A stretch of 62,977 nucleotides of DNA, counting the filler, from Rhabdomonas costata (taxonomy: Eukaryota), in assembly GCA_019059605.1 (NCBI GenBank). It is 29 parts of 29 records of this genome, joined end to end, with 100 filler letters (N's around TTAATTAATTAA, not from the genome) between each part and the next. Parts side by side here need not be neighbours in the genome. Positions count along the whole stretch, not along the records: positions 34,951 to 37,034 come from JAHMHO010005789.1; positions 37,135 to 39,218 come from JAHMHO010005790.1; positions 39,319 to 41,402 come from JAHMHO010005791.1; positions 41,503 to 43,585 come from JAHMHO010005792.1; positions 43,686 to 45,514 come from JAHMHO010005793.1; positions 45,615 to 47,698 come from JAHMHO010005794.1; positions 47,799 to 49,881 come from JAHMHO010005795.1; positions 49,982 to 52,064 come from JAHMHO010005796.1; 21 more parts are not named here. One strand, 5' to 3'. Shown here in pieces: positions 36,986 through 50,534 of the stretch. A program made the position numbers and the translations under genes. A model generated the notes under the pieces. It ran no database searches. It was not told where the DNA came from and saw nothing but the letters and a program-made list of their open reading frames with translations. How positions within the stretch are numbered: the stretch's first letter is position 1; every line of letters begins with the position of its first letter.

Positions 36986-39620
36986 CGGGAGCGAGCAGTG
37001 GTGATGCCCGCAAGCGTTCAATTACCCCCAACCCNNNNNNNNNNNNNNNNNNNNNNNNNNNNNNNNNNNNNNNNNNNNTTAATTAATTAANNNNNNNNNN
37101 NNNNNNNNNNNNNNNNNNNNNNNNNNNNNNNNNNGTGCAGAAGTGACCGGTGTGCGGGATTTCCAGCAGCTGGTGGGTCGGCTTGTGGAAAGTTGGAGGC
37201 CAGAGATCACGCCTTCGCAGATCCTGCAGATACTTCGTGGTGTAGAGCCTGTTCGAGTCGCCATGAGTATGGGCGGGGCCACTTGTGAGCTTTTTCAGAC
37301 CCCATGGAGGCCTCGGGGCAAGAACGAGACATACCTTCGGGGCTGGGGTAGGGCCTTGGACCGGTTTTTTACCGTCATGGGCAACGAAGCTGTGGTGGTG
37401 AGTGGAGTCAAGGCATGCTCTGCCACTTTGCTGCGGGCGGTCGTCCCATGGCCTTTGGGTCATCTTATTGGTGGTGTTCCCGCACTCAATGCCCCTCAGC
37501 CTGAAAATCGCTGAAAGAGCCTGTCTGGTTCTTTTTCTGGAACTTCTGATGCTTCAGTTCCTGCTTGCTTTGAAAGGATATTCTTGCTGGTGGGTGGCTC
37601 GCCTTCCGGGGTCGGTGGAATTTTTAACGTGTACTTTTCGCTGTGTTTCTTTCTTACTTTTTTGTAGTGTGCATCAATCATGAAACGGCGGGTGTTGCGC
37701 TGCTGTGCATTCGTGTGAATCAAGCCACGGGGTGTATATGTGTTTCTTGTCAATTAGGCGTTGCCTCCATCGAGGCTGTGGTGCAGGTGTTCCCGATGCA
37801 CACTGACTTTGTCACGGTATAAAGGGAAGGAAACGAAAGCCCTCACTGTGTCTGCATTGTTGTTGCTGCTGTGCTCCTTTTTGAGTTTCTCAGAGTACAA
37901 CCGACGTAGTGAGAGTTAACTCAGTGACAGCGTCAACCTGGGAAGTTTTTTGTTGAAGTTTAGAAACTTCCAAAGCTTCGTTGTTGCTTTGGGCTTTTTT
38001 CGATGTTGATGAGCTGGACTGACCCTCAAGCGACTGCAGAAAAATCTCCAGATGAAAGAAGTGTTGCATGTTTGCGCGCAGAGAGATATTGTGCTCTCGC
38101 TTTCCGTTCCACAAACCCTGACTTCGTATCTACGTGTGTGATTTTTACAGCCCGTAGGATGCGGGGGGATCGCTTGGCCTTTCCTCACAGCGTTGCGTTC
38201 CTCTGATTTAGTCACCAGATCCGTCAGCGCTGGCGCCGGGACTGGAGCTGATGCGCCTTCTCTTTCCTCTTCACCCTTTTGTAAGGGATCTCTTCTTTTG
38301 GCTTTTTCCACTTGCTTTCGGTTGGTACGGTTGCCTCTGAGCAGGTCCCTCTGGAAGCCGGAATGTCGCCTTGGCAGCTTCCAAAGAGAGATGGTTTCTG
38401 TGAAGGTGCTGCTTCTACTGCTGCGCATCCAGGGTCCTATGCTCCCTGGAGCCGAGGGAGTTCATACCCGCCGGTAACATAAAGGATCCTCTGCCCCCGA
38501 AGGACTACAGTACTCAGGCCTGGGCTTATTCAGGTACCTTTTCTTTGGTGTGGTGCTTTTTGTTTTGGGTTGTGGCTATTTTGGCCCCGAGTTGGCCTTC
38601 TGGCAAGCGAGCATCGCCTATGAGAGTCTTGATCCGATGAGGAAGAGGCGAGGAAGTTTTGAGTGGAAGCCTCCAGTCATGCAATTTTCGGCGTCGTCAA
38701 AATTTTAGATTTTAGATAGGTCGTAACCTGACTGTAGAAACGTTGCTACCAAGCAAGGGGCACGTCAGTGCCCATCCCCGTGTAGTTGGACCAGTGGACC
38801 CAGCGAACGACATATGGATGAGTTATCCCAACCTCGCCTGCAAAGCCCGATCAGATTCCTCTGTTTTCACCGAGAGCGCCCTAACATGCGCACCTCGTGG
38901 GCTTCGAGACAAGCCTTTCTTCAAGGCTTCCCTTTTCGCCGTGCTCCCCATGATGAGCTAGAAGGGCTATCACTCAATGTAACAATGTGCCGCGGGATTC
39001 GTCACAAGGGAATTTTCGTGCTCTGCTTCTTCTGCTTCTTCTTCTTCTTCTTCTTCTTCTTCGAGAAAGAAGACCGGGCTGTAAAACCGGTGTGTGTGTA
39101 CACCAGCCGTTTTCTCGATCGGGTGCTTCCCGAACAAGCTATGGTTCCAGCAGGATCGTATCCGCCTGCACAGCAAAGCCCACCGGCAGTCTGTCTTTCT
39201 CAATGCTCCACACACCCANNNNNNNNNNNNNNNNNNNNNNNNNNNNNNNNNNNNNNNNNNNNTTAATTAATTAANNNNNNNNNNNNNNNNNNNNNNNNNN
39301 NNNNNNNNNNNNNNNNNNGGTTTGTGGTTATAGCAGCAGATTAGATGCGTTCAGCTCCGCAATGTTGGTAATTGGCTTTCGAATTGGTTGGCATACGGGA
39401 GCACAGGAACATTTGATCACTTTTGTTGTGTAGAAGGGTAGGAATTTGCCCTTTTCCTGTGGTTTCGCCTGTGTTTCTTGCTCGGCCATCTGCATTTTTC
39501 TTTTTCCCTGCGTTTAGGATATCTTTAGCTCCGACCGCTTTGTCCGTGGCCCGAAAGAGCTCACGGTGCTACCCCTCGGTGAACGGCGAGAGACGGAGAC
39601 AGGCTACTGCTCTGTCACAG

Positions 39621-41340
39621 TCAGTGTGGGGCTTCTAAGCACCCTCAGTGTAGTTCTGAGCAATTCCTACCTTCGAGTCCGCTGGGACAATAAAGGGCTT
39701 TCGCCCGGCGCAGCCCCGGGAAGCCTGAGTGTAGTTGGCACGGATTCATATCTTGTGGTAAACGGCTCTGTGTTGGAACGGATGGACGTGAACATGGTCG
39801 GTGGCTCTGCGGCACTTACTGGGGTTACGGTGCAGCCGTACAGTGTTAGCACTGTTCTGGTGTCCGACGCGGTGATAGTCATGAATCAGCTTTTGCTGGT
39901 CCCATATTGCCAATGGTTGAACAACCAGACGTCCTACTGTTGGCAAGCAACCTGGAACGACGTTGACTGCGCCGCCGCCAACTTCTCCTTCTTTGGTGGG
40001 TACAGTTCCAATGATAGTAAGATTGACGATTGTGGATGTGTCTCCGCTGGCGGTTTGCCTGAAAGTCTTCGGAAGGACACACCGATTATGCAAATTGGAC
40101 TGGTCAATGGAACTCTTCAGTTTTATAACATCTTGGACTTTGACGCGAACGATACGGCCACTTCGTGGGGACAGAATTCGATTGTGGTGACGTTCCCCGA
40201 TGCTTCGCGATATGATTTGATGCAAATTCGCTCAGGCCTGCAGAACAAGGACGTGTTAGTCGTCATTATTGCTTATGGTCCGGGTGGCATAGACTCGACC
40301 TGGCTTTACACCAATCGCCTGCCGCTGCTCACACTCAGCCCTGGACTGACGTTTCTTCTCACTGTGGGTCTGTACCTTGGTCTTCCCAGAGTCCTGCGCG
40401 TGTCGTACACGGTGGGATGCTACCAGTTGAGTGGATTTGACAGAACTTTAGCCGAAGCTCTACTTTCTGTCATCGATGGTCCCACTTCTCAATCGGATAG
40501 CTTCTTGGGGTTGCAGAAGACAGGTCCCGACGGAAAGTCCCAAGTGTTCTACTTCGACCGTACCTCGCAGGTCTTTAAGGATGTGTCGTTCTCGGATCCT
40601 GTTTCGATGGCATTGATTGGGATCGGGATGGGCATCATCTTGGGGATCGGTCTGCTCGTCTCAACGTTGAAGTGTGTGGTCGCGCTTCTCGGCAGAGGAG
40701 GAGCGGCTCTCCTGTCGTTAATTTACATCGCGCTTGCGCTTGCGCTGTGCATCTCCGCAATGAGCAAGGAGTACTCTCCCGTGCTTTGGTGTGCAGTGAC
40801 CCTTAGCATAGCAATCGGGGTGGTCTCTATTGTTGTGACCTGGCCGATTCTCAGCAACCTCCTTGTTCAGTTCTTATGCCGGGATCAAGTGGAGTGGAGA
40901 AATCAGGCCAAGCGGCTGAGAAACTTTCTGGATGCTTCGCGAAGCCCCGAAGGTGGGCGCAAGGCACCCTGGTACTTCCACCTCCTTCTATTTGAGATGA
41001 AGGGCAACGCCATAATTCGCTGTCAGCTTGATTCGCTGGCTATGTTTGCGGGCGTTTCTTCTAAGAGGATAAAAGTTCAAGGTCAGGGCGAGGATGATGG
41101 ACAAGATTTATTACTAACCGCTCAGGTTCGTAGTCTACTCGAACGGCTGCCCCTGCCGTACAAGATGTTTCTCGACTGGTATGGCAACTTTTGCATGAAC
41201 GCCAGTCTTCAAGAACAGCACTGCAATGCCAAAGAGCTGAGCGCAGTGTGCCTCAACTTGATGGAAACAAAGCAGACTCTTTCGTGGGAGGAAATTGGAA
41301 GCGCGATAGCGGTGACCACTCAACCTATGGTAAGCCCTAC
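39621..41340 (+). CDS. About 1.7 kb single exon of an uncharacterised multi-pass membrane protein (beta-rich glycosylated ectodomain, ~3 TM helices, cytosolic tail)
   Basis: 597-codon open frame with several N-x-S/T sites and hydrophobic segments (ALIGIGMGIILGIGLLV; LLSLIYIALALALCI; AVTLSIAIGVVSIVVTW). Probable acceptor at 39620. The stop lies inside a fold-back artefact. Confidence 0.8.
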
Positions 41341-43981
41341 TGGTCAAGGATTGCCATAGGTTGAGTGGTCACCGCTATCGCGCTTCCAATTTCCCCCCAC
41401 ACNNNNNNNNNNNNNNNNNNNNNNNNNNNNNNNNNNNNNNNNNNNNTTAATTAATTAANNNNNNNNNNNNNNNNNNNNNNNNNNNNNNNNNNNNNNNNNN
41501 NNGTTGGTGTGGTTCCCCCCCCCCTCCAGAGCCAGGCATTGGGATAAGGGATAAGAGGAAGCATTCTTTACTGCCGGCCTGTGGAACCTGTGGGCCAGAT
41601 ATTCGGGGGGTGCCAGCAACAACTCAGTCACACTCTTTACCAGAGCGCCTTTTGGGTGCTATCCTTTTGAGGTCGATGTCAAGTGAGCGAGACGAAGTTG
41701 GGACTGGATTTCCTTTTACGATTGACTTGGCGGCGCTTTGGCTGCTCTTTTGGGTTTTTTGGCGATGACTTGTTTGTTTCTTCGCTGTGTGTGCTCTTCA
41801 TGGCGGTGCCATAGCGCGATTTGCTGTTACTGTTTCCAACATCCGCGTCGCAGAGCCCCGCGGAACCCGCAATGTTCCAGCCATCATCACTGAGCAAGTT
41901 TGAAGGAAAAAGGTAGCATCTCTCTCTCTCTGCGCCGTGCGCCGAGGGGACGCCTGGGTTAGGCCATCACCGGCTTCATGAAGGCGTTGCAGAACCAAAA
42001 GTTAAAATCATATCCACCCATGTCTCATGGGTGTTTGTTTCGTTTTGCTGTTTCTGTTGTCTCGACAGAAAAAACCTTGGTGTTGGCGTTGCCGGACAGA
42101 TGCACCAACAAGAGGCGAACAATGTTACAATTTTAAACCAGCCGATAAAAGATAAAAACTAGAAACGCATACAGTTTGGTCCATGACCCTGTGCCGAAAA
42201 AAGTGCACTCCCCCCCGGGTTCGACCAGTAACAAACCAAAATCCCTTTGCGCACCACGCCCGAGTGAAAATGTGCACCAAAAGGTCATGATACAGGTCAC
42301 TAGCAGGGAGAAGAAACCCTTCCCCTCGTCTAAGGTTCGTCAGCATGTCCCTGTTCTTGGTGCTTCCATTCTGTAGATTGGTTCAAATCATTGGCTCAAC
42401 CAACGCCCTTCGTTTACACGGCACGTGTTTGATTGCTTTCGTTTCATCCTACCTATGCACTGTTGCACGCACGCGCACGGCAAGCAGCGACCAAAATCCT
42501 TTGCAAGATTTGCGACGCCGAGGCGCTGTTTTTCTTCTCGCAGGTCCTTCCAGAAGTTTCTGTTGAAAACTGAACAGCGTCTGTAATGAATGGCCTAACG
42601 AATTGTTCGGTTATTTCTTTGTGTTCCGCGCGCTTCTCTCCATCTTCTCCTCAAGCCCGCGGTTTGTGTTTGAGAACGTGGTGTTTGGAAGAGCCGCCTA
42701 GCTACCGAGGATGACGAGCGTGCAGGCGCTATATCGGCTCCACCTCATTTGCGATTCTCTTTGCCTTAGCCATTTGCCAGGGCGGGTCAATCTCTCCAAG
42801 ATGAGATGGTGCCCTGCCTTGTGCGACGGTGATTTCACCAGTGTGTTTCTTCATTGACTGCTTTCAAGATGTGTGGAAAGGAATGAAAAGTTTTCGTATG
42901 GGTCAGGTCCCCTGCCCACGGCTGTAGCCGTAGCCGCCTTCTTCCGCCATCTGAATTATTTATCGATGCCGGATGTCTGAAATGCCGTGTTTTTGGCCCT
43001 GTGCTTCGAAATAACAATCATACGGAAGGCTATGCACGAGATTCATGGAGCCAGGACTGCTGCCGAATTTTGCAAAGCACATTTGTCACGTCGCGCGTGC
43101 CTGTCTTTCATTGATTGGTTAGTTAGTTAGTTAGTTAGTTAGTTGGTTGGTTGGTTTTTACCGGCCCCTCTGCTGGAAAAATGCAATGTTACGCCTGTGA
43201 AGCTTGTTCGGTACGTTCGAAATTTTTTTTCGGTGCTTCAAATCCGAAACATTGGCAACTCCCCACAACTCCAGGCCTCATGGTTTGAAATCCCGTTCCA
43301 GAATTGGGAATAGGTATTGGGGAGAGGGAGGAGGGATGCGTGTATATTGTTGGTACCGCCCGAACGACCACCTGCGCATTGGCGCCATCTAGAAACTTCA
43401 CGTTTTCCTGCTGCACATGGGCAACGAATCCTGCCAAAGTCCAGCAAGAGGTGAGACCTTAGCCAGCATCTTCTTCCTTGCGGACCCAAAACCAACGAGC
43501 TTCAAAAAACCCTGTTATAACATTTTATTCGAAGCCCGTCCAGCCTAACCACTCTAAAAGAGTGGTGACGTCCTTACCCCAAAACNNNNNNNNNNNNNNN
43601 NNNNNNNNNNNNNNNNNNNNNNNNNNNNNTTAATTAATTAANNNNNNNNNNNNNNNNNNNNNNNNNNNNNNNNNNNNNNNNNNNNTTCTTCCTCTTCCTC
43701 TTCCTCTTCCTCCCACTCATAATCAAACTTTCGGAAATGTGTAATTTTTATCGAGTTTCCACAAAGCCAATCACATTGAAAAGGGATTGCCGCGACAATC
43801 GGAAGCCAGCAGCCAACGATCAGGCAAGCACTCTCAAACTAATTTCTGAAAGTACCGTGCCCTCCCATCTCCTGACGTGGAAACTGCACCCAGCACGTGA
43901 TTTCTACCCCTCTGCGGCAGAGTGCCTCTCTCCCACCTCCTTTCATCGCAACAACAGCTAGTGGGGTTCAGATAGGCATAC

Positions 43982-45476
43982 CCATCTGTGGTGACGTCCA
44001 GGTCCACGGTCATGTGGTCCAGCTCGTAGGAGCTCCGCTCGCAATCAATCACCACCAAAGGACTGAGCCCCGCCTCTTGGAGCAGCGCCTCAAACGACCG
44101 CTCTGAGGGCAATAATTTTGGGACAGGAATAGCTGACCATCCCCTGCGCAATACAGCCACTCCCTTCGCCAGCGTGGCGGTGCCTTTGAATTCCTATTGC
44201 CGTGACCCAGTCACACACTTCGTGTTACCGGCCTGTGGGCACTGGTGCTGCTAGGACCCAGATCAACCCGCCATAGGGGATGTCGCACCTCTGCGCTTGA
44301 GATGGAAGTGGAATTTTGATCGCTCAAGAAGTAAACGGGGAACATTCAGCTGCGTTGGGTTTGCACACCCGCCCGGACCCCACCAAATCTGAACCCTTGG
44401 TAACAAAGCGGTGTTTCCGGAACTTAGGAGCATTTAGGAGGAAGATTGTGATTGTTGTTTGCTTGTTTTTACGATTTTGGTATTTTTTTCAGCCGCAAAA
44501 AAAAAAGACGGCGCTGTGTTTGGGTGCTAGGAGAGCCCCGACTCACACCCCCATAAGCCGTGCACACTGGGTCCGTCGGGGGGTGCGTTGAGGTTCAGAG
44601 CAAGGAGGATGTCCTCCTCCCGGGTGAGCTCCTTGTACTGCGTCACCACATCCGCACCTTGCCCCGCCTTTGGCAGCGCTGCACACACAAGCGAGAAAGA
44701 GAAACAGTCCCATCAAAAGGGTGAGGAACGAGATGAAGGCAAGGCATGACCGCTTGACATAAATCTCTCGCAGATACATGAATTGACATACCGCAGAAGC
44801 AGCAGTGCAGGTTCGCACATTCAGCACTTCCCACATTCAGCACTTCACCAAAAATGGAGAAAAGTGCTGAAGGCAGCAAACCCAGATGGAGGTTAATTAC
44901 TTCTCAAAAGGAGGACGACCGCCCGTGCTGCCTCAACTCAACTCATCTCATCTCATACCACGCTTAAACTCCCAAGTCCCATTGCGCTCCCGCAGCCACT
45001 CGTCGGTGCGGGAAAGTCGGAATCTCCGCGCGGGTTCCCTGGGAATATCACAGACAGCGCATTGGCAGTTTTTGAACAAACACCTACTTCCTGAAAAGTG
45101 CAACTGCTCATCTTTTTCCTACTAACAACACCAACATCAACGGAGGTTGGCTTTCCCCTCTTTCAATCACCAGTGTCATCCGGAGGAGCGCAGTGCGCGT
45201 GCACGCACCCCTCGCAGTAGTCATAGTAGACGTCTCGAAGCCGCAGCGTCTTCACCAAGCGAGCGCCAGATGTCTGCAGGGCCTATCCCCATCCCACCAC
45301 CCCCATTCCATTCTCAAAGAGCACGTTTTCACATGATTGAAACCCGTACGTGCCTATTTCATTCGTTTCTCACATATGCTCAGGGATTCGGTGGTGGTGG
45401 TGGTGGGGGGGAGGCGCAGCCGCACCAGTTGCAAGCCCGCCTTGAAGATGAACTTCTGCTCGACCTCGATAACCAT
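43982..45476 (-). CDS. THTPA: Thiamine triphosphatase (CYTH domain), five exons, 3' end missing
   Basis: Spliced MVIEVEQKF..|..LRDVYYD..|..DEWLRERNGTWEFK|..QYKELTREEDI..|..ERSSYELDHMTVDLDVTTDG reproduces the THTPA motifs IEVExKF, DxYYD, WLRxR..WELK, YxEL and VDLD. Confidence 0.88.
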
Positions 45477-45639
45477 TTCCAGACACAATCACGAACAAAG
45501 AAAGCGAGGAACACNNNNNNNNNNNNNNNNNNNNNNNNNNNNNNNNNNNNNNNNNNNNTTAATTAATTAANNNNNNNNNNNNNNNNNNNNNNNNNNNNNN
45601 NNNNNNNNNNNNNNGGGTGTGTTGTTAGGACCAACTCTG

Positions 45640-47690
45640 GCAGTAACATCACACTCCCGGATGGAACTGTTGCTGCCAGAGTTGGTCCTGACGACACCAC
45701 TGAAAACAGATTCAACACTCCTGGAATGCAACACAAGAGCTCGCTCCACCAAGCAAAATTTCGACACCACATCTTTCCTTTATTACCAGGCGTGAGAAAC
45801 GCCATACTGGCAGAGAAAAAACGTGTAGCAATAACGCATCGCATCAAACTCCATGGCTGCAGGCTCTGTTACCACTGCTTTTTGCAACAATGACTTAATG
45901 TGGGTCTTGGCTTCATAAAGTAGTCCAAGTCCTTCTTTAATGCCTTTTTTTCAATGTCTGCGGATCGTCACCCATCACATTGGCCTGTATGTCCACATCC
46001 AACCATATTACAAACAGATACTGCATTTGCGCATCGTTGTCAAACAGAGTCCTTTCTACACGTGATGATCTGCTTGTAGTAACTATGAAAATCTCCGTTC
46101 GCCACTTTCAAGTTATCCAGCCTCCAAACAATGTAGTCCAACTTCAACGGACAAATATTTTTCTCAGCGTACTAGTAAATTCTACCCAATGATTTCCCTT
46201 GCAAACAAGCCCAAAGTCCAGTGGCATAAACAATTGCACCTAAATCCGGCACTTTCCGAACATCTTTCAATTCTTCTACTGCAACTAACCAAGGAAGAAT
46301 GTTAGTTGGATTACTTTCGTACCTTGAAAATTCGTGATCTTCTTCCTGCAGCTTCAGCAAAGCCCCAGCAACTGCCTATGACGGTCCTGGCACAACTCCT
46401 CCACTCGAACCAGACGGCAACCCACCTATAACTCTTTATCTCTGCACCGGAATGTCAGTCAATTATTTATGTGACTTATGCTGCGCTTCCAGATGCCGAA
46501 ACAGCGAATCTGCATGCAACAAGAAAGTCTGGAACGCTTTTGGCGTCTGGGGAGCACTTTCTCCAGACATATCATCCACAACCAATACGCACAAGCTTTC
46601 TTGGCGCTGCCCAAGTGACAAATATACCTCGAACATGAACACAACACTGAACCAAACACCAACACAGTGCAATGGGTCTTGCTTGACTCAGCAACTGATG
46701 GGAACAAAAAAACTTTCTTTTTCCTCTTGCAAATGCAATACGGCTTCCACCACATTATCTTTTTCTTACTAAAGTTACAGCTTTGACTTGCGTCCGAACG
46801 GCATGCGAGGGAACATGAAGTATCCATCCGTCAGTGGTGAGAGTATCATGTCTATTGCTGCACGGTTGGAGGTGTGCAAGGCTTTTTGGTCATCGTGTTC
46901 TTGGGCTCGTTATACAAAGGTTGTGGAGAGGCAACCTCTACGTTTAGGTACCCATTGACTACCTTGTGGTCACTCTGCAAACAAACAGAAGGGAAGGGTT
47001 TCGAGATTTGCAATGTGGAACCTTGTGTCTTGACTTCTGCGGGATCGCAACCTCAGGATCTGCTTCACTGTGGAGGGCTTGGTGCGACTCTGGCTACCAC
47101 GTCTGCCTTGTTACTTCATTAAAGCATGCTGGGACTTACCCAGCACTTACGCAGCAACAGTGCCAACACAGCAGCGTTCAGAACCACAACTACAACAGCT
47201 ACAATTACACAATATACCTCCATCTGGGTTTTTCGCCTGCTCTTTTTCATTCGCGTTTCTCCATTGCAACCTAATTACAACGCACAACCAAAACAAGCAC
47301 TAGCAAAAGAAATCAAATACAAAACCATTTTCAGCATCTTTCCAGCCACTTTTGTCTGCATCAAAACCTTAATCCACCTAAATAACAACTCTGACCGAAA
47401 AACTAGTCCAGAGAACTATCGAACAACATCATTCAATGAAGTTAAATTTCTTCTTTCGAAGAAGTCATCTTTCATTGAATTCCGCCACTTGCGACATTCT
47501 GGTCTTAATATTCGAGCTTTACCGAACTCTTCTGTACTCGATGCAACTCTCTTGTGCAAAAACTTCTTTACCATGCAACCATGCAGCAACTCTTACTCTT
47601 ACTCTTGCAATCATTCTGCCTCTGGCGTTTGGCCATCGGCTATTTCTTACCCAGCTCATCTTTTCTTTGACACACCAAACCAAACAACCC
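45640..47690 (-). pseudogene. Intronless stop-riddled coding relic, possibly a decayed hAT-like DNA transposon
   Basis: No exon/intron texture and protein-like fragments in shifting frames. The terminal LHSRSVESVFSGV resembles the hAT SxxxERxFS motif. Confidence 0.25.
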
Positions 47691-47811
47691 AACCCAACNN
47701 NNNNNNNNNNNNNNNNNNNNNNNNNNNNNNNNNNNNNNNNNNTTAATTAATTAANNNNNNNNNNNNNNNNNNNNNNNNNNNNNNNNNNNNNNNNNNNNGT
47801 TGTTGTTGGTC

Positions 47812-49062
47812 AGTGCTGAGGAACTTCAGGCCATCTCTCGTGATGCTCAGGAAGCCGTCCATGGTCTGGAGACTCAGGTGTTGCGCGGCATTATTGTTTT
47901 TGGACATTCCAGATGTTTTGGTTTATAACAGTCCAGTCGAGGCAAAATGAATCCATGCTCAAAACGCAATCGAAGGAGGTTCTTCAAGCAAAAATCCCTT
48001 GGAAGTGGACAAGTGGAAGTGGGCATCTGCGGGCAGCTCCTCCTGTGCTTGCAGCGGAACGAGTGAAAGGTTATCCCCTCCAGTTGCAGTGCATCGAGCA
48101 TCTCCCTTCCCGCTGGTCTTTCGGCAGATCCTGGAGCTCACTGCGCAGCTTGACGCGGCCCGGGTCGAAGTGGTGACGCAGTCCGACAGGGCCTCCGTGT
48201 TGGAGTTCAGCCAGTCTCGCAGGGAGTCCTCCCAGAACAAGGTGGACTTCTTTTTGAAATGTGAGAGTGTTATCCGGAGTTATCCGGCGAGACTCAACCT
48301 CAACCTCAATTTTCTTGAAGTGCAATGCATTTTGGGGGTCCATTGCATACCCCCTCCCCCGCCCATGAGGCACGGTTTTCCCGAGCACTGGTGTTCAGTT
48401 GGTGCCCCTTTTGGGTTTGTGTCGCCTGGTGTGCATCCTTTATGCCTTCAGGCTCGAAAGTCGTTTCAGGAGGAGATAGCAGGTACTTTGCGTTGTGCAC
48501 TCTGAAGATGAGCACTTGAAAAGTGCTATGGTACCGAACTCGGGATTTGGTTGTGCATGTGTTTCGGTACTGTGTTCCGGTTGCGCACCCATTGCCATGG
48601 CTTTCAAATCTGCGGGGCGATCGCCCATCGGGTAGCGGGTGTGAGGGCTGTGCAGCTCCTCTCGAGTGTGGTGCACCTATTTCAATACACCCGTGCCTCT
48701 TATCAGTCAGGTTCTTCTCTGAGAGCTATTGCTTTCTTCTAAATACAGATCCTAGATGCATGGAAACAAAATGCGATCCATGTACAGCGGCACGTTCACA
48801 CAGTTTGTCTGGAGCAAACCGGAACGACCGGAACGAATATTCGCAGAAAGTGCAGAAGCTGTAGATTCGACAACACAAAAACGAAAAAGTGCTCGGAATT
48901 CACACACGTACATCTCTTTCAGCACTGCAGGTCCGCGAGGATGGGTTGGCGGAGAAGCTGCGGCAGGAGCGGGAAGCCAGGGAGGATCTGAGCAGGAAGC
49001 TCGCCACAGAAGCACAAAAGCGGTCTGCCCTGGAGAAGGAGCTGCAATTGGCTCAGGACAGG
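47812..49062 (+). CDS. Coiled-coil protein, several short exons
   Basis: AG/GT-bounded heptad segments, e.g. ILELTAQLDAARVEVVTQSDRASVLE (from 48128) and VREDGLAEKLRQEREAREDLSRKLATEAQKRSALEKELQLAQD (from 48931). Confidence 0.6.
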
Positions 49063-50318
49063 TTTTGCCTTGCGAGGAGTGGCCACTAGCGCAGCAAACT
49101 GCTGCAGTCTTGTCGTTTCCTTCAAAAGCGCCGCGCCCTCTTTTCTTCACCAATGACATATTTGGCATCACCTGCATCTTTTTTTTCAGCTGGGTTTTTA
49201 TTCAGTTCATCTGTCTTTCTTGCTGCAGACTTTCCGAAGGTGCTGTGCAGATGAGCTCTCTTCAAGAAAGGAACGCCAGCGGTGCAGAGGTGCCACCAAC
49301 TTGCGCTTCCATACCTTCCGCTTCCGCTTCCGTCAGTCCTTCATGAGTTTGCTCTGTGAGGTCTGTGAGCACCTTATGACACCATGCTGGGGGTGCACTT
49401 TTTGGTGACTGTGGTGTGTGCAAGTGTGCAAATGTCTGCATGGGGCCTTTCTCACGTGTCATCTCAAGTTTTGCTGATGAACCAGACCTCGAGACTTAGG
49501 CGAGCTGATCAACCCCAGCGATGGTTGGCGACGCTGTGGGGACTCTCCGCTGTCAAAAGAAAAAAAGAAAGAGAAGAAAGAGATGACCTGATGACCTGAG
49601 GATCCCAGGCAGAAGAAGAGAAGAAGTGAGGCCATCGATCCCTCAGAGGGTCTGAGTTCCGCAAACCTGCGTTTAAAAAGCCACTCAGAACGTCCTCCAA
49701 GCAGCAGAGCGGTGATTCGCTCCCCCAGAAGCAGCCTGCCGGACTTTCGTGCTCTTTTTCTTTTCATGTACAGGAGGTGTGCAAGCTGCAAGCCCGCCTC
49801 ACGGAGGTAGAGGCTCATCTGGAAAAGTCCAAGACGGGTACTCCGCCCGTCCCCAGTCCCTCTTCTGTCCTCCACACAACCNNNNNNNNNNNNNNNNNNN
49901 NNNNNNNNNNNNNNNNNNNNNNNNNTTAATTAATTAANNNNNNNNNNNNNNNNNNNNNNNNNNNNNNNNNNNNNNNNNNNNGGGTGTTTTGATTGGCTGC
50001 CAGAAGGGGACCCGCTTCAGCTAATATCGGGGCGGGGGACACTGGATTGACGTCAGCCTTGTGAGACTTTTACAGGAGGTGCAGAATATGCTGTGCCTTA
50101 TGGTGGGGAGAGCAGGTTGGCTCCAACGGCAGTTAGATTAGTCGGGTTATGTGGCCAGTGCTCACTGGACGAAGGGGGGACGTATTTCATGTGTGTGGCA
50201 GCCTCTGTGATTCAGTGACTCTTCCCGCGACAGTGTGAAGATTGACGTCAAGTTTTCTACCACGAGCATGGGTGGAAGGCTTTCCGTGGTCACTCCTTCC
50301 TATTTTGCCCGATGTCAG

Positions 50319-50534
50319 GTGTACTCCTTCGCGAAGGATGAGTCCTTCTACGCCATGAAGACGACTTTCCGGTGCCCCAACCTGCGGCTTCCGGACGTGG
50401 ACCTGCAGTACCCCACCGGGGGCCCCCCGCTGCACAGCAACTTTCGCGCCACGTATGATTCCACCTGGGCTCTGGGCGGGATGATTCTGGAGATGGAGGA
50501 GAGCGAGGTCGCCGGCCTGGGCTACCGTGTCTAA
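50319..50534 (+). CDS. Exon of an unidentified protein; WALG motif weakly recalls the C-terminus of GDA1/CD39 apyrases
   Basis: GC3-rich segment after a CAG acceptor: VYSFAKDESFYAMKTTFRCPNL..TYDSTWALGGMILEMEESE. Confidence 0.5.
   Translation: MYSFAKDESFYAMKTTFRCPNLRLPDVDLQYPTGGPPLHSNFRATYDSTWALGGMILEMEESEVAGLGYRV

Noticed and set aside
37135..39000. ORF fragments in the 37135-39218 contig as a gene or retroelement
   Set aside because: They look coding-like, but I recognise no motif and find no consistent splice pattern.
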